Shown here: positions 1-7,193 of the stretch, in pieces
How the letters are laid out: each line of letters begins with the position of its first letter
How positions within the stretch are numbered: the first letter of the stretch is position 1
Assembly: GCA_963805415.1 (NCBI GenBank)
Contig: CAWDUD010000001.1
Span: 76,912-140,911 of the forward strand
Length of the DNA stretch: 64,000 nucleotides
Origin: an uncultured Acidimicrobiia bacterium
GTDB taxonomy: Bacteria > Actinomycetota > Acidimicrobiia > IMCC26256 > JAENVU01
Direction: 5' to 3'
Position numbers and translations under genes: made by a program
The notes under the pieces: generated by a model
Told to the model about the DNA's origin: nothing
The model's database searches: none
Seen by the model: only the letters and a program-made list of their open reading frames with translations

Positions 1-87
1 GTCCTCGAACGCCTTGAGGAAGTCGTTCAGCTCGAGGACCGTCATGTTCTTGAAGACGTCCAGGAGCTCGTCGGTGCTCATCGCCAT
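1..87 (-). CDS. rplL: 50S ribosomal protein L7/L12, N-terminal part (runs off window)
   Basis: Manual translation MAMSTDELLDVFKNMTVLELNDFLKAFED; directly downstream of rplJ. Confidence 0.95.
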   Translation of the reverse strand, partial: MAMSTDELLDVFKNMTVLELNDFLKAFED

Positions 88-114
88 TTCGGTGTCCCTT
101 TTCTCTTGGTCGGA

Positions 115-804
115 TCAGGCGTCCGACGCAGGCGCGTCGGATGCGGTGTCGGTCTCGGTGTCGGTCTCGGTCTCGGTCTCGGTGTCGGTCTCGGTCTCGG
201 TGTCGGTCTCGGTCTCGGCGGCGTCAGCGGCGACCGGCGGCTCGGGAGCGGGCTCGTCCGCGGGCGGCGTCGGGGCCTCCTCGCCGGCCTCGACGCGCTG
301 GTCGATGAGGGCCTTGAGTCCGTAGGCCATGTTGCGCGTGAACGCCTGGAACAGCCCGGCCGCCTTGACCATCGGTGCCTGGAACCCTCCGGCCAGCCGG
401 GCGAGCAGCTCGTCGCGTGGGGCGACCTCGGCGAGCGCGGCGACATCGGACGACACGAGGATCTTCGTGCCGAGCAGCCCGCCCTTGACGACGAGCGCCT
501 GGTTGGTCCGACCGAAGTCACGCAGCGCCTTGGCCGCGATCACGGCATCGCCCTTGACGAAGGCGATCGCGGTGGGCCCCTCGAACATCGGGATCAGCTC
601 GTCCAGCCCGGCCTCCTCGACGGCGCGCCGGGCCAGGGTGTTCTTGTAGATCTTGAAGTCGGTGCCGGCGGGACGCAGCGAGCCGCGGAGTGCGGCGAGC
701 TCGCGGACCTTGAGGCCCCGGTACTCGGTCAGCACGGCCGCGTCGGCATCGGCGAGCCGCTCGCGGATCTCGGCGACGACGGCGACCTTCTCGGGTCTGG
801 CCAC
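115..804 (-). CDS. rplJ: 50S ribosomal protein L10 with acidic low-complexity C-terminal tail
   Basis: EYRGL..L..LR, KIYKNTLARRA, GPTAIAF, VKGG motifs; rplA-rplJ-rplL order. Confidence 0.97.
   Translation of the reverse strand: MARPEKVAVVAEIRERLADADAAVLTEYRGLKVRELAALRGSLRPAGTDFKIYKNTLARRAVEEAGLDELIPMFEGPTAIAFVKGDAVIAAKALRDFGRTNQALVVKGGLLGTKILVSSDVAALAEVAPRDELLARLAGGFQAPMVKAAGLFQAFTRNMAYGLKALIDQRVEAGEEAPTPPADEPAPEPPVAADAAETETDTETETDTETETETDTETDTASDAPASDA
145..216. repeat. Hexamer tandem repeat (GGTSTC)x12 encoding (E/D)T x12 in the L10 tail
   Basis: 12 consecutive units ggtgtc/ggtctc counted directly. Confidence 0.95.
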
Positions 805-877
805 GATGCCTGACTTCCTCTCACTCGGTCCGGGGCCGCAGTCGACACCGACGGACCCGAGCGGGGTCGGTCAGGAT

Positions 878-940
878 CGCCTCGTCCGGCGGGCCATGAG
901 CCCATTACCGCCCCGGGGGGCGACCGAAGGTCTGCGGCGG
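878..940 (-). promoter_or_regulatory. Probable L10 leader (ribosomal protein autoregulatory RNA)
   Basis: Minus strand CGCAGACCTTCGGTCGCC..GGCGGTAAT..CCGGACGAGG resembles the AGAC..GG / TAAT / CC..GAGG layout of L10 leaders; located upstream of rplJ. Confidence 0.6.
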
Positions 941-965
941 AAAGATCTCGTCTCGGGGGCGGACC

Positions 966-1688
966 CTAGCCGGTCGCGCCGCCGGCGTGCTCCTCGGGGC
1001 GGCCGTGCGCCGGGTCGATCCGGACGCCCGGGCCCATCGTGGACGAGACGCTGATGCCCTTCACGTAGCGGCCCTTGGCCGAGGCGGGCTTGGCCCGCAT
1101 CAGCTCGTCGTGCACGGCGACGTAGTTCTCGACGAGCGCGTCGGCTCCGAAGCTGACCTTCCCGAGGGGGACGTGGACGTTGCCGTAGCGGTCGGTGCGG
1201 TACTCCACCTTGCCGGCCTTGAACTCGCCGACGGCCCGGGCGACGTCGGGGGTCACCGTCCCGGTCTTCGGGTTCGGCATGAGGCCGCGGGGACCGAGCA
1301 CCCGGCCGAGCTTGCCCACCTGGCCCATGAGATCCGGGGTGGCGATGGCGACGTCGAAGTCCATGAAGCCGCCCTCCACCCGGCTCACGAGGTCCGCGGC
1401 CCCGACGACGTCGGCGCCGGCCTCCTCGGCGGCACGGGCCGCGTCACCCTGGGCGAACACCGCGACCCGCACGCTCTTGCCGGTGCCCTCGGGCAGCGAG
1501 ACCGTACCCCGCAGCATCTGGTCGGCCTTGCGGGGATCGACCCCCAAGCGGAAGGCCGCCTCGACCGTCTCGTCGAACTTGGCGGGGGCGAGGTGCTTGA
1601 CCAGGTCGATCGCCTCCGCGGGCTCGTGCAGCCGCTCGCGGTCGAATCGCCGGGTGGCGTCGGTGTACTTCTTGCCGTGCTTGGCCAT
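966..1688 (-). CDS. rplA: 50S ribosomal protein L1
   Basis: [39 protein letters not shown]. Confidence 0.99.
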   Translation of the reverse strand: MAKHGKKYTDATRRFDRERLHEPAEAIDLVKHLAPAKFDETVEAAFRLGVDPRKADQMLRGTVSLPEGTGKSVRVAVFAQGDAARAAEEAGADVVGAADLVSRVEGGFMDFDVAIATPDLMGQVGKLGRVLGPRGLMPNPKTGTVTPDVARAVGEFKAGKVEYRTDRYGNVHVPLGKVSFGADALVENYVAVHDELMRAKPASAKGRYVKGISVSSTMGPGVRIDPAHGRPEEHAGGATG

Positions 1689-1693
1689 CTCTT

Positions 1694-1811
1694 CGGTCGC
1701 TCCTCACTCGGCGCCGGGACACCCGGTGCCGCCCTTCGGGTCGTGCGGAGCTCGACTCCACGGTCGCCCTTCACTCGGCGCCGGGACACCCGCCACCGCC
1801 CTTTCGGGACG
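1694..1811 (-). repeat. Two tandem copies (period 67 bp) of a structured dispersed repeat in the rplA leader
   Basis: 22-bp identity tcactcggcgccgggacacccg at 1704-1725 and 1771-1792, each followed by ccgccctt(t)cggg. Confidence 0.85.
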
Positions 1812-1921
1812 TTCAGAACTCGGTGCGTCTCCGCTCCGCTACGACGCGGTGCTTCGGTACCTCGGACCCGGTACTCCGACAGCGAGGTCCTCTGTCGGCC
1901 GGTGGTGTTGACTTCCTGACG

Positions 1922-2347
1922 TCAGACGACGTCGATGCCCATGGATCGGGCGGTTCCCTCGACCTGGGCCATGGCACCCTCGAGGTCGATCGCGTTCAGG
2001 TCGGGCATCTTCTGCTCGGCGATCGCCTGGACCTGCGCCCGGGTCACCTTGCCCGCCTTCTCCCGGGGCGTGAGGCCGCTGCCCTTCTCGATGCCCGCCG
2101 CCTGGCGGAGCAGGAACGGCGTGGGCGGCGTCTTGGTGACGAAGGTGAACGTGCGATCTTCGTAGATCGAGATGTCGACCGGAATGATCTGGCCCCGCTG
2201 GTTCTCGGTCGCGGCGTTGTACGCCTTGCAGAAGTCCATGATGTTGATGCCGTGCGGGCCGAGCGCGGTCCCGACCGGCGGGGCGGGCGTCGCCGCTCCG
2301 GCCTGGATCTGGATCTTCACCACTGCGGCGAGCTTCTTCTTCGCCAT
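1922..2347 (-). CDS. rplK: 50S ribosomal protein L11
   Basis: [30 protein letters not shown]...[11 protein letters not shown]; true start is inside the longer ORF-track ORF. Confidence 0.99.
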   Translation of the reverse strand: MAKKKLAAVVKIQIQAGAATPAPPVGTALGPHGINIMDFCKAYNAATENQRGQIIPVDISIYEDRTFTFVTKTPPTPFLLRQAAGIEKGSGLTPREKAGKVTRAQVQAIAEQKMPDLNAIDLEGAMAQVEGTARSMGIDVV

Positions 2348-2374
2348 CGTCTCGCTTGCTCCGTCTCTTCTGCC

Positions 2375-2459
2375 TCTTCGCTCGGCCGCAGGGTACCTGC
2401 GGCCGCCCTTCGGGACGCTACGAGGCTGCTCGCCCCTGCGCCTTCGCTTCGGGGCTCGG
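2375..2459 (-). repeat. Structured dispersed repeat in the rplK leader (long form)
   Basis: About 85 bp nearly identical to 5139-5222. Confidence 0.9.
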
Positions 2460-2571
2460 TTCCGACTGACCGCGGCTCGTCGCTTCGGCCATCTGCCTTC
2501 GGTGGGACGGGCGTCCGCCGCGTTCCCCACCCCGGACCCGGGAACCCCCGGGACCGACGAGATGCATGCTG

Positions 2572-3419
2572 CTACAGCTTGGCCACCTGACCGAACTCGA
2601 GCTCGACCGGGGTCTCCCGGCCGAAGATGTTGACGAGCACCTTGAGCTTCGAACGGTCCACGTCGATCTCGCTGATCGCGCCGTTGAAGTCCGCGAACGG
2701 ACCGGAGGTCACCCGGACCTGCTCGCTGATCTCGTACTCGAGCCGAGGGCGGACCTTCTTCTCCTGCACCCCTTCGGGCGTCTCGCCCTTGCCCAGCCAC
2801 TCCTCGACCTCGCGTCGGGTGAGCGGGGTCGGTTTGGCGCCGCTCCCCACGAAGCCGGTGACGCCGGGCGTGTTGCGCACGACGTACCAGGAGTCGTCGT
2901 CGAGGCCCATCCGGATCAGCAGGTAGCCGGGCCAGACCTTCTTCTGGACCACGACCTTGCGGCCGTTCTTGAACTCGATGACGTCCTCCATCGGGATGAC
3001 GACCTCGAAGATCCGCTCCTCGACGTTCATCGAGCGCACCCGGCTGGCGAGGTTCTGCTTCACCTTGTTCTCGTAGCCGGCGTAGGTGTGCACGACGTAC
3101 CACCGTCCCGGACGGTCGTACGGGCTGGGCTCGGCCACGACGGCGGCGTCCTCGTCCTCGTCGAGGTCGACCTCGACCATCTCCGCGTCGGCGGGGAGCA
3201 CCACCTCCTCGACCACCACGGTGTCCTCCTCGACCGCCGCGGTCGGCTCGACCGGCGCGGTCGGCTCGACCGGCGCGGGGACGCGGCCACGGACGCGTCC
3301 GCGCCCGGGATCGTGTCGGGCGCCGGGGCGGGATCGGGTCGAGCGGTGTCGGCAAGCGGGTCCGGGGCGCCGTCGCCCGCGGCCGGCGCGGCGGCATCCG
3401 TGAAGTCGTCGTCAGTCAT
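2572..3419 (-). CDS. nusG: Transcription termination/antitermination factor NusG with acidic N-terminal extension (frameshift near 3280)
   Basis: [42 protein letters not shown] at 3419 follows the secE stop, with N-terminal part in another frame. Confidence 0.95.
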
Positions 3420-3423
3420 TGGC

Positions 3424-3708
3424 TCAGTCGTAGAGGAAGAGGACGCCCTTGGCGAAGACGTAGTCGGCGCCGAAGATCAACGAGGTCATCACGACCACCG
3501 CGATCAACACGATGATGGTGGAGTTCACGACCTCGCTGCGAGTCGGCCAGGCGACCTTGCGCAGCTCACCCTGGACCTCGGCGAAGAACTGACGCGGGCC
3601 GGTGCGCTCGGTACGCGTGGGGTTCGTCGGCCGACGCTCGGGCGCGCGCGGCTTGTCGGCCCCCTGCTTCTGGGCCATCCGCCGCATCTGTCGGTTCTGT
3701 TGTGTCAC
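3424..3708 (-). CDS. secE: Preprotein translocase subunit SecE
   Basis: ELRKVAWPTR motif plus one TM helix; tRNA-Trp-secE-nusG order; GTG start with AGGAAGG upstream. Confidence 0.95.
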   Translation of the reverse strand: MTQQNRQMRRMAQKQGADKPRAPERRPTNPTRTERTGPRQFFAEVQGELRKVAWPTRSEVVNSTIIVLIAVVVMTSLIFGADYVFAKGVLFLYD

Positions 3709-3754
3709 CGCTGGGGCCTTCCTGGGACGGGTCCCGGGTTGGTCGTCTTCGGAG

Positions 3755-3828
3755 CAGGGCAGGAGGGACTCGAACCCCCAACCGCCGGTTTTGGAGACCG
3801 GAGCTCTGCCAAATTGAGCTACTGCCCT
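3755..3828 (-). tRNA. tRNA-Trp (CCA)
   Basis: Acceptor AGGGCAG/CTGCCCT, anticodon arm CCGGT-CTCCAAA-ACCGG, GTTCGAGTC T-loop; 3' CCA not encoded. Confidence 0.97.
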
Positions 3829-3914
3829 CCGGGCGCGCGGGGGCCGGACGGTCGAGCCTAGCCGCACCCCCTCCGAGATCTCATCCCGGCTCCGCCCCGG
3901 GCGCGGCGCCCCGC

Positions 3915-4277
3915 TCAGCCGGCGAGCAGGCGCCGGCGCGAGCGGGCCGCGAGCAGCGCCGCGGTCGCGGCTCCGGCGACGGCCGCGCCACCCAGGGCGG
4001 CGCCCGCGACGACCATGCGCCGTCCGTTGAGGATCGAGCGAGCGACGCGCCGCTCCCCCTCGGCGGCCAGGGCGTTCAGGGTCTGGGCCAGCCCGCCGGG
4101 CGCGGGTTCGAGGTAGGTGGCGCGCAGGGTCCCGAGCCCGCGGAGCAGGCGGCGGTACCGGGCCAGCTCGGCCTGACAGCGCAGGTCGGACTCGATGAAC
4201 ACGCGGGTGCGGTCGTCGACCTCGGCCGTGCCGTCGACCAGGCCCGGCAACACGTCGGCGACGTCCTCATACCGCAC
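3915..4277 (-). CDS. Putative membrane-anchored anti-sigma factor (degenerate zinc-finger-like N-terminus)
   Basis: Overlaps the ECF sigma stop; L..LVDG...CQAEL pattern followed by one Ala/Gly-rich TM helix. Confidence 0.7.
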   Translation of the reverse strand: MRYEDVADVLPGLVDGTAEVDDRTRVFIESDLRCQAELARYRRLLRGLGTLRATYLEPAPGGLAQTLNALAAEGERRVARSILNGRRMVVAGAALGGAAVAGAATAALLAARSRRRLLAG

Positions 4278-4830
4278 GGGCCGCTCCCTTCTCCTCGAAC
4301 ACCGCGTCGCGCAGGCGCTTCCGGGCCCGGTGCAGCCGGACCTTCGCCGCCGACACGGAGATCCCGAGCTCGGTCGCGATCGCCTCGTGCGTGAGCCCGT
4401 AGACGTCCCGGAGCACGACCACGGCGCGCAGCTTGGGCGGCAGGTCGTCCACGGCCCGACCGATCCGCTCGAGGTCGAGGGTCGACTCGGTCACGGACTC
4501 GGGCTGGAGCTCGCCCCGGAGCTCCGCCGGATCGAAGCCCGGCGCGAACGGCTCGGTCCGGGTCCGTCGCCGGCGCGACAGGTGCGTCGACGCACAGTTC
4601 GCGGTGATGCGGTAGAGCCAGGTCGACAGCGCGGCATCGCCGCGGAACCCGCCGATCCCCTTCCACGCTCGCAGGTACGCGTCCTGGACCACGTCGCGTG
4701 CGTCCTCCTCGTTGCCCGTCAGTCGGACGGCCAGGGTGAAGAGGTCGGTGTAGGTCCGCCGGACCAACTCGTCGAACGCGGCGCGATCGCCGCTCTGGGC
4801 CGCTCGGATCAGCTGGGTCTCGTCCACCAT
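4267..4830 (-). CDS. ECF RNA polymerase sigma factor
   Basis: DARDVVQDAYLRAW, STWLYRITAN, EAIATELGISVSAAKVRLHRAR (regions 2 and 4). Confidence 0.97.
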   Translation of the reverse strand: MVDETQLIRAAQSGDRAAFDELVRRTYTDLFTLAVRLTGNEEDARDVVQDAYLRAWKGIGGFRGDAALSTWLYRITANCASTHLSRRRRTRTEPFAPGFDPAELRGELQPESVTESTLDLERIGRAVDDLPPKLRAVVVLRDVYGLTHEAIATELGISVSAAKVRLHRARKRLRDAVFEEKGAARAV

Positions 4831-4854
4831 GGATGCTCCGTTCCGAAGCGCGGA

Positions 4855-4883
4855 TCAGACCTGTCGAGGTGGGACGAGGTTAC
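4855..4883 (-). promoter_or_regulatory. Candidate ECF-type (autoregulatory) promoter
   Basis: Minus strand GTAACCT-N17-TCTGA about 25 nt upstream of the sigma ATG. Confidence 0.45.
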
Positions 4884-4927
4884 GTCGGGCGGAAGGGGCC
4901 GCCGGGCGACCGGTGGGCGCGGCCGAC

Positions 4928-4950
4928 GCAAGGGGCGCGAAACGCCCTGC
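4928..4950 (-). terminator. GC hairpin immediately after rpmG stop
   Basis: gcaaggggcg-cgaaa-cgccctgc inverted repeat; no U-tract. Confidence 0.35.
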
Positions 4951-4952
4951 GG

Positions 4953-5114
4953 TCAGCGGGTCTCCTTGTGCACGGTGTGGCGGCGGTCGAACCGGCAGTA
5001 CTTCTTCATCTCGATCCGCTCGCGGTCGTTGTTCTTGTTCTTCTTGGTGATGTAGTTCCTGCGCTTGCACTCTTCGCATGCGAGCGTCACCTTGAGCCGC
5101 TTGTCCGACGCCAT
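4953..5114 (-). CDS. rpmG: 50S ribosomal protein L33 (Zn-binding CxxC..CxxD form); missing from ORF track
   Basis: Manual translation [53 protein letters not shown]. Confidence 0.98.
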   Translation of the reverse strand: MASDKRLKVTLACEECKRRNYITKKNKNNDRERIEMKKYCRFDRRHTVHKETR

Positions 5115-5138
5115 CTCCGTTGCTCCATCTGATCGGCT

Positions 5139-5222
5139 TCTTCGCTCGGCCGCAGGGTACCTGCGACCGCCCTACGGGACGCTCCGAGGCTGCTCGCACT
5201 CCGCCTTCGGTTCCGTGCTCGG
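5139..5222 (-). repeat. Structured dispersed repeat in the rpmG leader (long form)
   Basis: Nearly identical to 2375-2459. Confidence 0.9.
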
Positions 5223-5301
5223 GGTGGCACGATCGCGGCAGTGACTCTGTTGTTCCCCGGATGTCCCGAACGCCCGGCCGGTGCCGGACCGTCGGGTCGA
5301 G

Positions 5302-5375
5302 TAGCGGGAGAGGGGATCGAACCCTCGACCTCACGATTATGAGCCGTGCGCTCTGACCAGCTGAGCTATCCCGCC
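5302..5375 (-). tRNA. tRNA-Met (CAT), elongator-type
   Basis: GGCGGGA/TCCCGCT acceptor, CTCATAA loop, GTTCGATC; typical position before rpmG. Confidence 0.95.
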
Positions 5376-5444
5376 GGGTGCGGCACCAGGGGCTGGACCG
5401 CGCTCCACGCGCCACCGGGGTCACCGACCCCGACGCTGCGTCGG

Positions 5445-5517
5445 AGCCCCCTTACGGACTTGAACCGTAGACCCCTTCCTTACCATGGAAGTGCTCTGCC
5501 GACTGAGCTAAGGGGGC
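5445..5517 (-). tRNA. tRNA-Thr (GGT)
   Basis: GCCCCCT/AGGGGGC acceptor, CTTCC-ATGGTAA-GGAAG anticodon arm, GTTCAAGTC. Confidence 0.96.
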
Positions 5518-5550
5518 GTGGTGCCGGCCCGATCCGGACCGAACCCGGAG

Positions 5551-5559
5551 AGGTTAGCA
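5551..5559 (-). promoter_or_regulatory. Extended -10 promoter candidate for tRNA-Thr/Met/rpmG
   Basis: Minus strand TGcTAACCT. Confidence 0.55.
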
Positions 5560-5589
5560 ACCCGGGCCCGGTCCGATACCGTCCGGGTC

Positions 5590-6084
5590 GTGCCGACCAG
5601 CCTCCGCTCCGCCACGATCGCCGACGCCGCGGCGCTCCAGGCGATCTACAACGTCGAGGTCGCCGGATCGACGGTCACGTTCGACCTGGTGCCCCGGAGC
5701 CTCGAGGACCAGCGGGCATGGATCGACGAGCACAGTGGCGGCCACCCGGCCGTCGTCGCCGTCGACGAGACCGGAACCGTCGTCGGCTTCGGCTCGCTCT
5801 CGCCCTACAAGGAGCGCCCGGCCTACCGCACCACCGTCGAGGACTCGGTCTACGTGCGCTCGGACCAGCGGGGGGCCGGCGTCGGCCACCAGATCCTGTC
5901 GGAGCTGCTCCGGCTCGCCGAGAGCTACGGCTACCACTCGGTGATCGCCCGGATCGTCGGGGGCCACGACGCGTCCGTCTCGCTGCACCGGCGCTGCGGG
6001 TTCGAGATCGTGGGCACCGAGCACGAGGTCGGCCGCAAGCTCGGTCACTGGCTCGACGTCGTGGTGATGCAGAGGATGATCTGA
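5590..6084 (+). CDS. GNAT N-acetyltransferase, phosphinothricin/methionine-sulfoximine acetyltransferase-like
   Basis: AIYN, TFD, AYRTTVEDSVYV, RGAGVG, SLH..CGF, VGRKLGHWLD; GTG start 7 nt after TACCGT. Confidence 0.9.
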   Translation: MPTSLRSATIADAAALQAIYNVEVAGSTVTFDLVPRSLEDQRAWIDEHSGGHPAVVAVDETGTVVGFGSLSPYKERPAYRTTVEDSVYVRSDQRGAGVGHQILSELLRLAESYGYHSVIARIVGGHDASVSLHRRCGFEIVGTEHEVGRKLGHWLDVVVMQRMI

Positions 6085-6152
6085 CCCACCGCGACGCCTC
6101 GTCGGTGGATCGCCCCGAGACCGCCGAAGCAGTCGAATCTGATCGTCACGGG

Positions 6153-6236
6153 TGGTGGGCCCGGAGGGATTCGAACCCCCGTAGCTTGCGCAACTGGTTT
6201 ACAGCCAGTTCCCTTTGGCCTCTCGGGTACGGACCC
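6153..6236 (-). tRNA. tRNA-Tyr (GTA), CCA encoded
   Basis: GGGTCCG/CGGGCCC acceptor, CTGTAAA loop, long variable arm, GTTCGAATC, ACCA end. Confidence 0.97.
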
Positions 6237-6242
6237 GGGCGT

Positions 6243-6251
6243 ACAGTAGCA
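6243..6251 (-). promoter_or_regulatory. Extended -10 promoter candidate for tRNA-Tyr
   Basis: Minus strand TGcTACTGT 6 nt upstream of the tRNA 5' end. Confidence 0.6.
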
Positions 6252-6289
6252 AGGCCCCGCAGACCCGCTTTCACGGAGTTGTCCTCGTC

Positions 6290-6778
6290 ATGCCCAGTTT
6301 CGATGTCGTGTCCGAGCTCGACATGCAGGAGGTCCGCAACGCGGTCGACCAGACCGCCCGCGAGATCTCGCAGCGCTTCGACTTCAAGGGAACCGACAGC
6401 TCGGTCGAGCTGAAGGAGCGGACCATCGACCTGCACACCGAGTCCGAGCCGCGGCTCCAGGCGCTGCGTCAGGTCCTCGAGGAGAAGATGGTCAAGCGCC
6501 ACGTCTCGCTCAAGGCGCTCGACTACGGCGGGGTCGAGGAGGCGGCCAAGGGCACGGTGCGCCAGACGGTCACGCTGCGCATGGGGATCACCGACGACAA
6601 GGCCCGCCAGGTCGGCAAGTTCATCAAGGGCCTCGGCAAGAAGGGCGTCCAGCACCAGATCCAGGGCGACCAGGTCCGGGTCACCGGCAAGAAGCGCGAC
6701 GACCTCCAGGCCGTGATCGCGGCACTGAAGGACGAGGACTTCGACCTGCCCCTCCAGTACACGAACTTCCGCGACTAG
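6290..6778 (+). CDS. yajQ: YajQ family nucleotide/c-di-GMP-binding protein
   Basis: MPSFDVVSE, RFDFKG, IQGDQVRVTGKKRDDLQ, LQYTNFRD. Confidence 0.97.
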   Translation: MPSFDVVSELDMQEVRNAVDQTAREISQRFDFKGTDSSVELKERTIDLHTESEPRLQALRQVLEEKMVKRHVSLKALDYGGVEEAAKGTVRQTVTLRMGITDDKARQVGKFIKGLGKKGVQHQIQGDQVRVTGKKRDDLQAVIAALKDEDFDLPLQYTNFRD

Positions 6779-7090
6779 CGCGCGCCCGACGGAGGGGTCG
6801 TGGTGGTCGTACCGGTGCTGCGTTCGGCCGCGCGCACGTAGCGGCGCGGGATCGGCGCCCCGTCCTCCAGCCCCGTGTCCGGTGGGTGTTCGACGTGGTT
6901 GTCCCGCTCGAGCTTGTCGAGCGACGCGGGGCAGGTGAGCAACGGCGCGGCGGGGCCGAGGAGGGTCCGCGCCTTCGCGAGCGACACCCTTCGGCGGCCG
7001 GTGGAGCCCGCGGATCTCCGCCGCCTCGGCCTCGCTGAGATCGCCGCCGGCGAGCGCGTCCGCGAGCGCGCGGTCGACGTCGTAGGTCAC
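6775..7090 (-). CDS. Small hypothetical protein (probably frameshifted near 7000)
   Basis: VTYDVDRALADALAGGDLSEAEAAEIR.. and ..SLAKARTLLGPAAPLLTCPASLDKLERDNH.. show coding-like codon usage in two frames. Confidence 0.35.
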
Positions 7091-7193
7091 CCCGCTCAGG
7101 CGCGCGATCGCGCCGTGGCCGGCGCCGCGGTGCGCGTCGGCCACCGCCGTGGAGTCTTGCAGCCGCGGCCCGGCCGCCGTTCGGACGGCCGCC

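Noticed and set aside
1694..1811. Tandem 22-bp repeats with a 45-bp gap as a mini CRISPR array
   Set aside because: Only two units, similarity extends into the would-be spacer, related copies are dispersed, and no cas genes are present.
2418..2492. 24-codon uORF ([24 protein letters not shown]) in the rplK leader
   Set aside because: Weak RBS, and no equivalent ORF accompanies the rpmG copy of the repeat.
2501..2531. GGTGGG..CCCACC hairpin in the nusG-rplK spacer as an L1-binding leader
   Set aside because: The position is plausible, but I could not match the L1 internal-loop consensus by eye; a covariance-model search is needed.
3755..6236. Integrative element at the tRNA genes
   Set aside because: I found no integrase, no duplicated tRNA 3' end and no compositional shift.
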